Positions 1 to 12,500 of a DNA stretch of 64,000 bases are shown here, piece by piece. The notes under the pieces were generated by a model. The model had not been told where the DNA came from. It saw only the letters and a program-made list of their open reading frames with translations, and did no database searches. The DNA lies in contig OY762209.1 in assembly GCA_963665295.1 (NCBI GenBank), positions 3,328,001 to 3,392,000 on the forward strand. The letters run 5' to 3'. The stretch is from Syntrophorhabdaceae bacterium (GTDB lineage: Bacteria > Desulfobacterota > Syntrophorhabdia > Syntrophorhabdales > Syntrophorhabdaceae). Numbering within the stretch: the stretch's first letter is position 1; each line of letters opens with the position of its first letter. Made by a program: the position numbers and the translations under genes.

Positions 1-257
1 TCCTTTATGTCTTCAGGGGTGATGTAGAGGTTAAAGGAAGGCCTCGTATCGGCAAGGACCCTGCCCATCTTATCGAACATCACCCCCCGGGGCGCGATCA
101 CCTTCTTGACCCTGATGCGGTTCTGTTCGGATGCTTTTCGCATCTCGTTTCCTCTCATAATCTGAAGGTCCCAGAGACGCAAGGAAAGGACCACCATCGT
201 AATGATGAGGATCAATTTGCACCACTTATATTTCATCGGAGCGGCTTGCTGTTCCAT
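1..257 (-). CDS. mrdA: Penicillin-binding protein 2 (5' part, runs off window start)
   Basis: Manual translation from ATG 257: MEQQAAPMKYKWCKLILIITMVVLSLRLWDLQIMRG...SEQNRIRVKKVIAPRGMMFDKMGRVLADTRPSF, the PBP2 N-terminal RL..LQI / NR.R...APRG...D motif; lies directly downstream of mreD. Confidence 0.9.
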   Translation of the reverse strand, partial: MEQQAAPMKYKWCKLILIITMVVLSLRLWDLQIMRGNEMRKASEQNRIRVKKVIAPRGVMFDKMGRVLADTRPSFNLYITPEDIK

Positions 258-258
258 T

Positions 259-750
259 TTACTCCCTGCTCAAAAACTTCATATCTACATACTGTATGAA
301 GGAGAAAATGAAAATCGACAGGAAACCTGTAAATATGGCATTGGGGATTGTGTAGAACATGACATTGAGGATATTGCCTGTTTCCCCTTTCGAAAGCAGG
401 GAAAGGGCCAGAAACAGGAAAGACTCGAGTACGACATAGCCGCTGCAAACATAAGAAAAACTGTACTTGGAATCGATATAAAGCCTGTTCTTCAGAAAGG
501 CGGTAATGACAAATATGGAGAGCTTCGTAAATAGTATCGATCCCGGAGGGGCGTTGGATAGAACCTCCTGGGTCAGGCCCAGAAGAAAAGACGTGAGAAG
601 CCCCGCCGGAGCCCCGAGAAAAAGGGTCGTATAAATGATGAGGGGTATTCCGAAATCCGGCTTGAAGAACTCCATGGGCAGGAGGGAGAGCACTGATGAT
701 TCGACGGTTATCAACACGATCCCGAGCAAAATGTAGATCGCGAGTTTCAT
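259..750 (-). CDS. mreD: Rod shape-determining protein MreD
   Basis: Hydrophobic 163-aa protein with KPDF motif between mreC and mrdA. Confidence 0.85.
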   Translation of the reverse strand: MKLAIYILLGIVLITVESSVLSLLPMEFFKPDFGIPLIIYTTLFLGAPAGLLTSFLLGLTQEVLSNAPPGSILFTKLSIFVITAFLKNRLYIDSKYSFSYVCSGYVVLESFLFLALSLLSKGETGNILNVMFYTIPNAIFTGFLSIFIFSFIQYVDMKFLSRE

Positions 751-1550
751 TGTTTTTTCACTATAAGTACTTCATCGAGCCTTTTGAAATTGTTGTAAGG
801 CATGACGTCAACATCGGTGAAGATGCCGGGCTTGGCCCGGTTTACGGTGATCACTATTCCCGTGGGCACGCCTTTGGGGTATATCCCGTCTTTTCCGGAC
901 GTAACGAGTTTGTCGCCGATTTCGATTTCGTCGTTCTTGAGGATGTATTTCAGTTTGAGGGTGCTCTGGCCTGTGCCCTCGAGCATGCCCCTTGTATTTC
1001 TGCCCTCGGCAAAGACGTCCACCGAGGAGTTTGTATCGTTTATGACCATGACCTTCGAGTGCCACTTGTCGACTTCGACTGCCTGTCCCACAAGGCCTTT
1101 CGCCGTCACCACGGGCATCTTTTCCCTGACGCCGTAATCTCTTCCCTTATCGATGATAATGCACTTGAACCAGTTCTTGACGTCCTCCCCTATGACATGC
1201 GCCGCAATCATGGTATTCTTGCGCTGCTCCATAAGGTTCAAAATGGCTTTCAGTCTCTTGTTTTCGTTTTCCAGTTCCGGCAACCGCTGATTATCAAGTT
1301 CGAGGACCTCGAGCCTCTTCTTGAGCTGAACGTTTTCCTTCTTGGCTCCGATGAGACCTATGTAGGTGTCGTAGAAATATCCCACGAGCTTCGTGGGTTT
1401 TCCGATGAGCGACAGGGTGGGTCCCGCGAATTCGGCGGCACCGCCTCTTATCACCGCATATCCCCTTGCCAGGAAAGATGTGTTTGTGAATACGAGAAAT
1501 GAACCTACAAGCACCAGTATGGAAATGGCTATAACAATAGGATTCTTCAA
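747..1550 (-). CDS. mreC: Rod shape-determining protein MreC
   Basis: N-terminal TM, coiled coil ENKRLK, IIIDKG..GV, VTSG.DGIYPKG. Confidence 0.95.
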   Translation of the reverse strand: MKNPIVIAISILVLVGSFLVFTNTSFLARGYAVIRGGAAEFAGPTLSLIGKPTKLVGYFYDTYIGLIGAKKENVQLKKRLEVLELDNQRLPELENENKRLKAILNLMEQRKNTMIAAHVIGEDVKNWFKCIIIDKGRDYGVREKMPVVTAKGLVGQAVEVDKWHSKVMVINDTNSSVDVFAEGRNTRGMLEGTGQSTLKLKYILKNDEIEIGDKLVTSGKDGIYPKGVPTGIVITVNRAKPGIFTDVDVMPYNNFKRLDEVLIVKKQ

Positions 1551-1562
1551 TTCCCAGCTTTA

Positions 1563-2624
<1,062 letters not shown>

Positions 2625-2707
2625 CTAATTAAAGATATTGAAAAAACAGTCTTAATATACTATTTTAAGGAATCAAAAGCAATAATCAATAGGCATAGGG
2701 AGAGCTA

Positions 2708-4114
2708 ATGTTAAGATTCATGAGGAAGTATGCCACCGGGTACATGATAAAGGGGATATTCGGGCTGATCATCATCGTTTTCATTTTCTGGGGCGTGGGC
2801 GGAATGCAAAGCGGCGACAAGACAGTCGCGGAAGTAGGGTCCCACAAAGTTACTATGCTGGAGTACCAGGAAACGTACAACAGGCTTCTCAATATGTATC
2901 GAAATATACTCAAAGACAAGATGGACGAGAAGATGTTGAAGGCCCTCAAGCTGAAAGAGGCGGCCATGAACGACATCGTGGACAGGTACCTCCTCCTTGC
3001 GAATGCAAAGGAACTGGGAATTACCGCATCCGATGAGGACTTCCGCGAACAGTTGAACAACATGGACGCGTTCAAGAAGGATGGGAAGTTCAACAAACAG
3101 GTTTATCTGGAAGTATTGAAAGCGAACGGCATCGAACCCGGGAGGTTTGAAGAATCCCAGAAGATGGACATAGTAAGCGCGAGGATGGCCAATCTTATAA
3201 AGGATAACGGGGTTGTGGTCAATGATGCCCTGATATACGCGGCATACGTGAAGGAGAGAGGGAAGATCGATCTTGCCTATATGGTGGTTGACCCCGCGGA
3301 TTACCAGAAGAAGATAGAAGTGACGGATAAAGAGATTCAAGACCTTTATGAAAAGGAAAAAGGGTCTTATGTGGGAGAAAACCGGTACGGCCTCAAATAT
3401 ATCGCCATACCCGAGAAGGGTCCGGTGAAGGATGACGTTGCCTATATGGAACTCCTCCAGGTAAAGGATATCGATAAGTACGCCCGGGAAAAAGGGTTTA
3501 CCGTAACGAGCCTTGGTGTGATGACGGAGTCGGAAGTCCTTCAGAAGCTTAAGAGTCTCAGGCCCCAGGAATGGCTCAAAGGTCTCAGGAAAGGGGACAT
3601 CTCTCTCCCTGTGAGGGCGGCTGCGGGATCGTACATTTTTCAACTGGTCGATTTCGAGGCGGGCAAGCCCATCGATAAGCCTACGGTGATGAAGGAGATC
3701 AGGGACCGGTTGACCCGTGAGAGGGCCAAGGCCATGGCTAAAACCGACGCTCAGTCGGTGATAAACAAGAAGTCCTTCAGCGCAAAGAAAGAGACAGGGT
3801 TTTTGCCCAGGAATTCGGGCGTAATACCGAACGTGGGCGCCATCCCCCGGGAGGACGTGGCTGTAATGGGACTCTCCAAAGGACACGAGGTTTATGAAAA
3901 ACCGGTGGAAATAGGGGGAAAATACTATGTGTTCTCCCTTAAGGACGAGAAGGCCCCGGACAAAGAGGAATGGCAGAAGGACAAGGATGCATTCAAGCAG
4001 TATCTGGTAAGAAAGAACGAAGACGAGTTTTATCGATCGTTTATGACGGAATTGAAAAAGAAGAGCAAGGTCAAGATTAACTGGAAAGAGATAGCTGTCA
4101 CCGAAAGCGACTGA
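2708..4114 (+). CDS. PpiD/SurA N-terminal domain periplasmic chaperone
   Basis: MLRFMRK...IFGLIIIVFIFWG N-terminus, F..dGkFn...Y motif typical of PpiD. Confidence 0.8.
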   Translation: MLRFMRKYATGYMIKGIFGLIIIVFIFWGVGGMQSGDKTVAEVGSHKVTMLEYQETYNRLLNMYRNILKDKMDEKMLKALKLKEAAMNDIVDRYLLLANAKELGITASDEDFREQLNNMDAFKKDGKFNKQVYLEVLKANGIEPGRFEESQKMDIVSARMANLIKDNGVVVNDALIYAAYVKERGKIDLAYMVVDPADYQKKIEVTDKEIQDLYEKEKGSYVGENRYGLKYIAIPEKGPVKDDVAYMELLQVKDIDKYAREKGFTVTSLGVMTESEVLQKLKSLRPQEWLKGLRKGDISLPVRAAAGSYIFQLVDFEAGKPIDKPTVMKEIRDRLTRERAKAMAKTDAQSVINKKSFSAKKETGFLPRNSGVIPNVGAIPREDVAVMGLSKGHEVYEKPVEIGGKYYVFSLKDEKAPDKEEWQKDKDAFKQYLVRKNEDEFYRSFMTELKKKSKVKINWKEIAVTESD

Positions 4115-5112
4115 TGGTCATTCTCGGGATAGATACCTCTTGCGACGATACGTCGGTAGCGTTCATTGAGGATAAAAGTAAGATACTTTCCAATATTGTG
4201 TCGAGTCAGGTCGACCTCCACAAGGTGTTCGGAGGAGTTGTCCCTGAAATCGCTTCGAGGAAACATGTAGAGCTCATAGACGGGCTTTATGCCGAGGCCC
4301 TCGCTCTCGCTCGTATCTCCGCCGGTGATATCGACTGCATCGCTGCCACAGCGGGACCCGGTCTGATCGGTTCGGTGCTGGTGGGCCTCTCCTTTGCGAA
4401 GGGACTTGCCCTTGCCCTCAAAAAGCCGCTCATAGGCATTAACCATATCGAAGCCCATGCCATGAGCATTTTTCTGGAGAGGGAAGTGGAGTTTCCTTTC
4501 ATCGCCCTCGTCGTTTCGGGAGGGCACACCATAATCCTTCTCATGGAGGAACCGGGCAGTTTTAAGGTGTTGGGCAGTACCAGAGATGACGCGGCCGGGG
4601 AGGCCTTCGACAAGATAGCCAAATTTCTCGATATCGGTTATCCCGGAGGAAGGATAATTGAAGAGTACTCGAGAACGGGCAGGGGAGACGCCGTTGCATT
4701 CCCGAGGCCCATGGCAGGCGAGGCGAACTATGATTTCAGTTTCAGCGGCTTGAAGACATCATTCATAACTTACGTGAAGAAATACGGCGTAAGTAACGAA
4801 AATAGAAACGATATACTCGCTTCTTTCCAGGAGGCCGCCTTTGATGTCCTTTCCATGAAGACGATCAAGGCAGCCATCAAACAGGGAATACCCAGGTTGG
4901 TAGTAGGAGGCGGTGTCGCGTCGAACGGAAGAATGAGGGAAGTATTTCTGAAAAAAGGAAAGGAGTCCGGTATTGAAGTGATGTTTTCGTCCCCCGGGTT
5001 TTGTACGGACAATGCCGCCATGGTCGCGGTAACAGGGTATTTCCATCATCTGAAGGCGGGGACCGGGTCCGCGCTTGATGCCAGGGGCTATTCAAGGATG
5101 ACCTTTCACTGA
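4114..5112 (+). CDS. tsaD: tRNA N6-adenosine threonylcarbamoyltransferase
   Basis: ILGIDTSCDDT, GGVVPEIASRKH, NHIEAH, VSGGHT, CTDNAAM. Confidence 0.97.
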   Translation: MVILGIDTSCDDTSVAFIEDKSKILSNIVSSQVDLHKVFGGVVPEIASRKHVELIDGLYAEALALARISAGDIDCIAATAGPGLIGSVLVGLSFAKGLALALKKPLIGINHIEAHAMSIFLEREVEFPFIALVVSGGHTIILLMEEPGSFKVLGSTRDDAAGEAFDKIAKFLDIGYPGGRIIEEYSRTGRGDAVAFPRPMAGEANYDFSFSGLKTSFITYVKKYGVSNENRNDILASFQEAAFDVLSMKTIKAAIKQGIPRLVVGGGVASNGRMREVFLKKGKESGIEVMFSSPGFCTDNAAMVAVTGYFHHLKAGTGSALDARGYSRMTFH

Positions 5113-5114
5113 AA

Positions 5115-5891
5115 ATGCTCAAAAAGAGCCTGTCCCAACATCTGATCAAAGACAAGAATATCACCGACAAGATGGTGAGGGCGTCTCATGTCGGCCCGGA
5201 AGAGACGGTTGTGGAGATCGGGGCCGGACACGGAGACCTCACACGGTCCCTGGTCGAAAAGGCAGGCCTTGTCTACGCGGTGGAACTTGACCGCACCTGC
5301 TCGGTATACCTCGAGGCTCTCGCGGAGGAACACGCGAACCTGAAGGTCGTATTCGGGGATATTCTTGAGACGCCCCTTGCGCAGTTCAGGGGAGAGAGAA
5401 ACCTCAAGGTGATAGGTAATATTCCCTACCAGATCACGGCGCCCATAATCTTCAAGATGCTCGCCGAAAGGGCCATAATAGATAGCGTGTACCTGACCAT
5501 GCAGAAGGAGATTGCGCTCAGGATCGTAAGCAAGCCTTTTGCAAGGAGTTATGGCGCCCTGTCCGCGGTCTGCCAGATATTTGCGGATGTGAAGGTCCTG
5601 TTTCTCATGAAACCGGGACTCTTCGTCCCGCCGCCGAAGATAGACAGTGCCTTCCTGTCCATGGAATTGAAGGAGGAAGAGAAAGGAACCGACGATGGGC
5701 TGATCGAATTCATCAGGGTCTGTTTCCGTAACAAACGAAAGTATCTGAGCTACGCGCTTTCGAGGCATATCGGAGGGGAGAAACTCGCCCGTCTTTACCA
5801 TCAAATGGGCTTCCCTCCATCCATAAGAGCGGAGGAGATAGAGCCGCTAAAATTCAAGGAGATGTACGGCATGCTCAAAGCCTACGTATAG
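5115..5891 (+). CDS. rsmA: 16S rRNA m6,2A1518/1519 dimethyltransferase
   Basis: KKSLSQH, VVEIGAGHG, GNIPYQIT, F.PPPKIDS. Confidence 0.95.
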   Translation: MLKKSLSQHLIKDKNITDKMVRASHVGPEETVVEIGAGHGDLTRSLVEKAGLVYAVELDRTCSVYLEALAEEHANLKVVFGDILETPLAQFRGERNLKVIGNIPYQITAPIIFKMLAERAIIDSVYLTMQKEIALRIVSKPFARSYGALSAVCQIFADVKVLFLMKPGLFVPPPKIDSAFLSMELKEEEKGTDDGLIEFIRVCFRNKRKYLSYALSRHIGGEKLARLYHQMGFPPSIRAEEIEPLKFKEMYGMLKAYV

Positions 5892-5902
5892 GGTGGTCTC
5901 GA

Positions 5903-6898
5903 ATGGGTAATGTAATAGGTTTCACCACGACAATTCCGGTGGAGGTGCTCTTTGCGGGCGGATATTCACCTTCGGACCTGAATAACGTATTCATCACCGA
6001 CCCAAATCCCATGCGGTTTATAGAAAAAGCGGAGGCCGACGGGTTTCCCAAAAGCATGTGCAACTGGGTTAAAGGGATATACGGGGTGGTGATGGAGACG
6101 GGAGTGGATACGGTCATTACCGTAATGGAGGGCGACTGCAGCAACACCCTGGCCCTCTCGGAGATACTCCAGTACAGGGGCATAAAGACCATCCCTTTTT
6201 CTTTCCCCTATGACAGGGACGAAAAGGTCCTTAAAAGAGAGATCGAAAAACTCGTGCTGACATTTTCGGCCGACGAAGGGAGGCTCCGGGAGGTGGACAC
6301 GGGCATCGGGAAGGTACGGGAAGAGCTTGCCCTTATCGACCGTATGACGTGGAATGAGAAGGTTGTTTCCGGCGAGGAAAATCATCTTTGGCTTGTCCGC
6401 GCCTCGGACATGCTGGGAGACTATGAGGAATACGGCGCGATGGCGCGTCGTTTCATAAAAGAGGCAAAGGAAAGGGCACCCATAGAAGGCATCAATGTCG
6501 GGTACATCGGGGTTCCCCCTATCCCCCTCGATTTCTATTCGTTCATCGAGAGCGTGGGGGCCCATGTGGTGTATAACGAGGTCCAGCGGCAATTTGCGTT
6601 GCCTTTCCCCGGAAAGGACATGGTGGAACGCTACCTCCTCTACACGTACCCCTACGATGTATTCTCCAGGGTGAAGGATATCAAGGCAGAGATTCAAAAG
6701 CGGGAAATCGAAGGCATCATTCACTATGTCCAGGCCTTTTGCTTCAGAATAATGGAAGACGTGATTCTGAGGGATGCCCTGGGTGTACCTGTAATTACGA
6801 TAGAGGGGGATCTGCCGAAACCGCTCGATGCGAGGACGAAGCTCCGCATAGAGGCATTTGTCGAGGTCTTGACGGGGAGGGTCCATGGAAAGGGTTAG
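5903..6898 (+). CDS. 2-hydroxyacyl-CoA dehydratase D-component-like protein (stand-alone)
   Basis: GFTTTIPVE, GFPKSMCNW, GDCSNT, YVQAFCFR, EGD...RTKLRIEAF (HGD-D family). Confidence 0.8.
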   Translation: MGNVIGFTTTIPVEVLFAGGYSPSDLNNVFITDPNPMRFIEKAEADGFPKSMCNWVKGIYGVVMETGVDTVITVMEGDCSNTLALSEILQYRGIKTIPFSFPYDRDEKVLKREIEKLVLTFSADEGRLREVDTGIGKVREELALIDRMTWNEKVVSGEENHLWLVRASDMLGDYEEYGAMARRFIKEAKERAPIEGINVGYIGVPPIPLDFYSFIESVGAHVVYNEVQRQFALPFPGKDMVERYLLYTYPYDVFSRVKDIKAEIQKREIEGIIHYVQAFCFRIMEDVILRDALGVPVITIEGDLPKPLDARTKLRIEAFVEVLTGRVHGKG

Positions 6899-7103
6899 GC
6901 GCTTTATCATCAACAAGGAAGGAATAGGGTTTTTCAAGGCAATCCTCGAATCTTATGAGGATGTGGGGATCTTCACGGTCCTTGACGGCAAGACGGGGGT
7001 CATAGAAGTTATATACCCTTCCAACTTCGAGGAAGATATTAACTCCATAATGAAGGACATGGTGCGCTTCGGCATTGAATTTCAGGAGGTGGCGTATGTG
7101 TGA
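6885..7103 (+). CDS. DUF4911-like small protein
   Basis: IGFFKAILESYEDVGIFTVLD pattern; overlaps both neighbours in the operon. Confidence 0.7.
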   Translation: MERVRRFIINKEGIGFFKAILESYEDVGIFTVLDGKTGVIEVIYPSNFEEDINSIMKDMVRFGIEFQEVAYV

Positions 7104-8475
7104 CGGAAGGAAGATACTGCGGGCGGCCATGGGAGGTGACGCCGTATATGGCGATGTGTTTGAGGAAGAGCGGACCTACACCTATATTCAGCTCGAATCC
7201 GGCCGCATTGAGAAGATAGAGAAGGGGACCGATAAGGGAGTGGGGATTCGCGTGATCAGCCCCTGGAAGACCTTTTATGGGTCCACAAATTCTTTCAGGG
7301 AAGAGGACCTCCTGGGTATGGCGCGGGAACTCGGGAAATTTTCGAAGGAAGGGACATGGAGCGGGCCCATGGAAGGGAAGGTCCTGGATTGCCACTATCC
7401 TTTTTCCATCGTCCTTCCGCCGGAGGGCGTAGAGATGGACCGCAAGTTGGCCATGGTCAAGAGAGTGGAATCTCTCGTGAAGGGCATGGAGCCGAGGATC
7501 ACACAAGTGAGGGTGATTTACCGGGACACGCGGCAGGACCTGACTATTACCAACAGCACCGGCACCGATATCAGGGACAGGAGGACCCACGTGGTGTTGA
7601 ACCTCCTTCTTGTGGGGGAAGAGAAGGAGGAAATGCAGACCGCCTATGAGGCGGTGGGTGGGCTCTATGGATTTGAGTATTTTACGGATGAGGTAATCGA
7701 AGGACTGGCTCTTAAGACCGCCGGCAGGCTCACAGGACTACTGGGTGCCCGGGAGGCGCCTATGGGCACGAAGACGGTGGTCCTTGCGTCGGAAGCGGGT
7801 GGCACTATGGTCCACGAGGCTATAGGCCACGGCCTTGAAGCCGACCTTGCCATGGAAGGTCTCTCCTGTTACAAGGACATGATAGGCGATAAGATCGCGT
7901 CTACTCTCATCAATGTGGTGGATGACGCGACACTGCCCCATATGAGGGGCACCTACTGCTACGACGATGAGGGCACGCCGTCGGAAAGGACGGTTCTCGT
8001 TCAGGACGGGGTGCTCATGAATTACCTCTTCGACAGGTTTCACGCCCTCAAGTACGGCAGGCCTTCCACGGGCAACGGGAGAAGAGAGTCCTTCAGACAT
8101 AAACCGATCCCGAGAATGAGCAATACCATGATACTGCCCGGCAAGGATGACCCCGCAAAGATCATCTCGTCCGTGGACGACGGCGTACTCGTGGTGAAGA
8201 TGGGAGGAGGGCAGGTCGATACGGTGAGAGGCGATTTTGTCTTTGAAATATCGGAAGGTTACATCATCGAGAAGGGCCATGTGGGCCCCATGATCAAGAA
8301 TGCGACCATGATGGGCAGCGGATTGAAGGTACTCCAGGGAATCGATATGGTCGGCAGTGACCTGGGGTTCGGCATAGGCACATGCGGAAAAGACGGCCAG
8401 GGAGTGCCGGTGGCCGATGCCCAGCCCACACTGAGGATTCCCGAAATAGTGGTTGGGGGTAAATCCGCAGGGTAG
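7096..8475 (+). CDS. tldD: TldD/PmbA family metalloprotease
   Basis: HEAIGHGLEAD, DDEG, TGNGRRES, PRMSNT, CGKDGQGVPV; ATG at 7096 after GGAGGT. Confidence 0.93.
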   Translation: MCDGRKILRAAMGGDAVYGDVFEEERTYTYIQLESGRIEKIEKGTDKGVGIRVISPWKTFYGSTNSFREEDLLGMARELGKFSKEGTWSGPMEGKVLDCHYPFSIVLPPEGVEMDRKLAMVKRVESLVKGMEPRITQVRVIYRDTRQDLTITNSTGTDIRDRRTHVVLNLLLVGEEKEEMQTAYEAVGGLYGFEYFTDEVIEGLALKTAGRLTGLLGAREAPMGTKTVVLASEAGGTMVHEAIGHGLEADLAMEGLSCYKDMIGDKIASTLINVVDDATLPHMRGTYCYDDEGTPSERTVLVQDGVLMNYLFDRFHALKYGRPSTGNGRRESFRHKPIPRMSNTMILPGKDDPAKIISSVDDGVLVVKMGGGQVDTVRGDFVFEISEGYIIEKGHVGPMIKNATMMGSGLKVLQGIDMVGSDLGFGIGTCGKDGQGVPVADAQPTLRIPEIVVGGKSAG

Positions 8476-8567
8476 ACTGCAACGCGGTGACTGCCCGGAA
8501 AACGCCCGGCCGTGTCGTGCGCTTTCCGGGGAGGAGAAGGGGGGATTATGACGGAAGGCATAGAACG

Positions 8568-9380
8568 ATGAAAGGCTGCCGTTTTCTTGCCCCCTTTTTG
8601 CGCATTATTCTGCTTCCGACCCTTGTCTGTTTGTTCTTTCCTCCAGGCGACCTTTTCGCGGGACGTCCCCTGATCACCGATGACACATCGACTCAGGGCA
8701 AAGGCGGCTACCTGTTCGAAACAGGGGTTGAATACAATAGAGATGATTCGGACGGGGTAAAGGTACGAAGGAAGGCGGCTGCCGTCGAACTCGACTACGG
8801 ATTGGCCGACCCTGTCGACCTGTGTATCTCGACCACCTATCAGGCCCTCGATATTAACAACCAGGGGGACAAAAGCTCTCCTCAGGGGGTTACGGACACG
8901 TTGCTGGAGCTGAAATGGCGCTTCTACGATAACAACAGGTGGCTAAGCTTCGCCGTAAAACCGGGTATGTATCTCCCCACCGGCAACTACACGGTGGGAA
9001 CGGGAAGCGGGGATTACCGGATGGGGTCGGGGCAGGTGAGGCCCAGGCTTTACTTTGTGGGCACCGGAGTAGTCAGTACCCTCTCATTCCATCTCAACTT
9101 GGGATATATGAGAAATGTCAACCGGTACGACGCCCAGACGGACCTTTGGCATGCATCGTTGGCCGGAGAGTGGCGCCTGATAAAGGACCTGAGACTCGTA
9201 GGCAACGTGGGAGTCGATACCAACCCGGATAAGGGCACCTCCACTGATCCTGCTTTCGTTCTCGGGGGCATCATCTATTCGCTGACGGAAAAGGTCGAAC
9301 TGGACCTCGGCGTAAAATACGGCCTTGCAGAGCCCGGATACGACACGATGTTTACAAGCGGGGTATCGGTCAAGTTTTGA
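8568..9380 (+). CDS. Outer-membrane beta-barrel, MetA-pathway-of-phenol-degradation / transporter family
   Basis: Signal peptide, GRPLITDD, D..L.LKWRFY, LPTG, C-terminal Phe. Confidence 0.75.
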   Translation: MKGCRFLAPFLRIILLPTLVCLFFPPGDLFAGRPLITDDTSTQGKGGYLFETGVEYNRDDSDGVKVRRKAAAVELDYGLADPVDLCISTTYQALDINNQGDKSSPQGVTDTLLELKWRFYDNNRWLSFAVKPGMYLPTGNYTVGTGSGDYRMGSGQVRPRLYFVGTGVVSTLSFHLNLGYMRNVNRYDAQTDLWHASLAGEWRLIKDLRLVGNVGVDTNPDKGTSTDPAFVLGGIIYSLTEKVELDLGVKYGLAEPGYDTMFTSGVSVKF

Positions 9381-9561
9381 CGGCCCGGTTCCAGCCGCAA
9401 ATTTCATAATTTTCATTTTTCTACCTTTTCCCGGTATGCTAAACTGTAATCGGGAATGTGCGTTTCACACGAGGCCCAACCCTTTCTTTAGAAAGGAATT
9501 TTCCATTTCATTCCCGGAAGGGCGACGAGGTGTATTTTTTCGCGGTGAAGTGAGGCGAACA

Positions 9562-12500
9562 GTGGAAAAGAACGACCTGAACGACAGAAACGACGGTGGG
9601 AAGGATGTGATGCGCTCCGCGCTCAGACGATCTTCGCCACGGGCTATACTGGCGGCAACGATAATTGCATCTCCCTTGCCATTCCTTGTTGTGCTGATCC
9701 TTCCCTCCCGGTTCCATCATGTAGTGGACAGGGTCTTATACCTCCTTTTTCACAACGTTGCCGAGTTCTTCAGTATCATGGTCTCTCTCTCCATATTCGG
9801 CGTGGGGTGGTATACTTACAAACAATCCAGAGACCGCCACGCTCTCTTCCTCAGTTCCGCGTTTCTTGCCATAGGCCTTATGGATTTTATGCACACCCTG
9901 GCTAACGCGGCCATGCCGGCGTTTGTCACGGCGAACAGTTCCAATAAATCAACTCAATTCTGGATAGTGGCGAGGCTCATATCAGCCGCTTCGTTTCTTG
10001 TGAGTGCTTTCATCTATCAGGGGGCGCACACAGGGAGGCTGAAGAGGGTGATGTTGTCAAGGACTGTCTTGATGGCGGGCGCCCTCGGCATCCCCTTGGT
10101 ACTGTTTGCAGGGATTACGTTTTTCCCCTCCTTTGTCCCGAATACCTACATCCCCGGGGTGGGGCTTACTTCATTCAAGGTGTATTCCGAGTATCTGGTC
10201 GTTTTGCTCCTGTGCGTGGCGGCAGCGGCATACTGGAGACGGATGGTCCGGACCAACGATGGGTCGCTCATGTATTATGTAGCCGCCTTCGTTATCTGCG
10301 CCTTCGGGGAACTCGTCTTCGCGGCCTACAAAACGGTTTTTGATACGTATAACGTTCTGGGCCACGTCTATAAGATTGTGGCTTTTTTTCTGATCTATAA
10401 GGGGATGTTCATCGCATCCGTCAGGAACCCCTATATGACTCTGGCTACCTTGAACAGCAGGCTCGATGAAGAGGTCCGGGAACGGAAAGTGGCCCAGGCG
10501 GCATTGCAGCGACTCCTCGCCGACCTTGAGGTGAAGGTAACCGAGCGGACCGAAGAGCTTACCCGGGCGAACCGGTTGCTTCAGGAAGAGATCGTCGAGA
10601 GGGAGCGGGCACAGACGAGCCTGCGGGAGAGTGAGCGGCGGTGGGCCACTACCCTCGCAAGTATCGGGGATGGGGTGATTGCCACTGACCGGGACGGCTA
10701 TATTACCTTCATGAACGGAGTGGCCGAAAAACTGACCGGATGGATCTCACGGGATGCGGTTTCGAAACCGGTGATGAAGGTGTTCAACATCATCAGCGAG
10801 GAAACCCGGGAGGCAGTAAGCAATCCCGTTGTTAGAGTGCTCATGGATGGTCTGGTGGTTGGGCTTGCCAATCATACTATCCTGGTGAGAAGAGACGGCG
10901 CGGAGATCCCTATTGACGATAGCGGCGCGCCCATAAGGGACGGAAATGGAAACATCACAGGTGTGGTACTTGTTTTTCGGGACATAGTGGAGCGCAGACG
11001 GGCGGAGGAAGCGTTACATAAGGCCTATGGTGAACTCGAACACCGGGTCGAGGAGAGAACTGCGGAACTCAGAGACCTTAACTGGGCGCTTGAGGAGGGG
11101 ATAAGAGACCGGGAGAGGTTGTTCGGAGAACTGGATGAGCAGCGAGCCCGCCTGGAGGCTATTATAGCCACAATGCCCGCCGCTTTGTTTATTACAGATG
11201 ACAGGGGAGGGCTACGTTTTGCCAATGACGCCGCAAAGAAGTTGTGGGGCGGAGTTGCCCCTATGGTCGCAGGGTGCGAGGAATACGGGGTCTACAAGGG
11301 CCGGTGGGCCGATACGGGAAGACAGCTGGGGGCGTTTGACTGGAACGCCTCCCGTGCGCTTACGAGAGGTGAGACTTCGCTTGGCGAGAGGATTGAAATC
11401 GAACGGTTTGACGGCAGTACGGGTACCGCACTCTTTTCCGCCGCTCCTATAAGGAACGCGGAAGGGGCCATTCTGGGGGCCGTTACAATTGCCCTGGACA
11501 TTACGGAACAGAGGCAGATCGAAGAGCGGCTTCGTCAGGCACAGAAAATGGAGGCTATCGGTACCCTCGCCGGAGGCATCGCTCATGATTTCAACAATAT
11601 TCTCGGGGGCATAATAGGCTTCGCTGAGATGGTCCTGGATGATGTTCCCCCGGATACGCCCGCTTACCATCAATTACAACTCGTTCTCGACAGTGGATTG
11701 AGAGGCCGCGACCTCGTGAAACAGATTCTCGCCTTCAGTCGTAAGACCGAGCACAAAAGAGAGATACTGTCCCTCGCTCCCCTGGTCACCGAAACAGTCA
11801 GATTGCTCAGGGCCTCCCTGCCGGCGACTATAAGGATCTCGGTAAACGTTTCCGCCACTTCGGATATGGTCTTCGCAAACGCCTCGGAAATCCAGCAGAT
11901 TGCCATGAACCTCTGTACTAATGCCGCCCACGCCATGGGGGAGAACGGGGGAGAACTGACGATTTCCCTTGGGGACGCCGATGGAGTGCCCACCTCGGTT
12001 GTGGAGGAGCCTTTCCCGGGTGGATATGTGGAGCTTGTCGTTAAAGATACCGGGACCGGCATCGATGCCGGGGTAATTAAAAGAATATTCGAGCCTTTCT
12101 TTACTACCAAGGGCATCGGCAAGGGGACGGGCATGGGGCTTGCCGTAGTCTACGGCATAGTGAAGAGCCTCGACGGTCACGTGGCAGTAGAAAGCGAACC
12201 GGGAGTAGGCTCCACATTCAGGGTATTCCTTCCCAAAATGAAGGCTGACGCACGTCCTCCCGCCAAAGAGGTTGAGGACTTGCCGGGAGGCACGGAGCGG
12301 ATCCTCTTTGTGGACGACGAAATACTTCTGAGGGAATGGGGCAAGGCTGTTCTCGAGCGACTTGGTTATACGGTGACCGTGGCCTCTGACGGGTTGGAGG
12401 CCCTTAAGATATTCTCCGAGGATCCCTTCAACTTTGATCTTGTCTTTACGGATCAGACCATGCCGCGAATTACCGGCCATAATCTCGCGAGAGAGATCAG

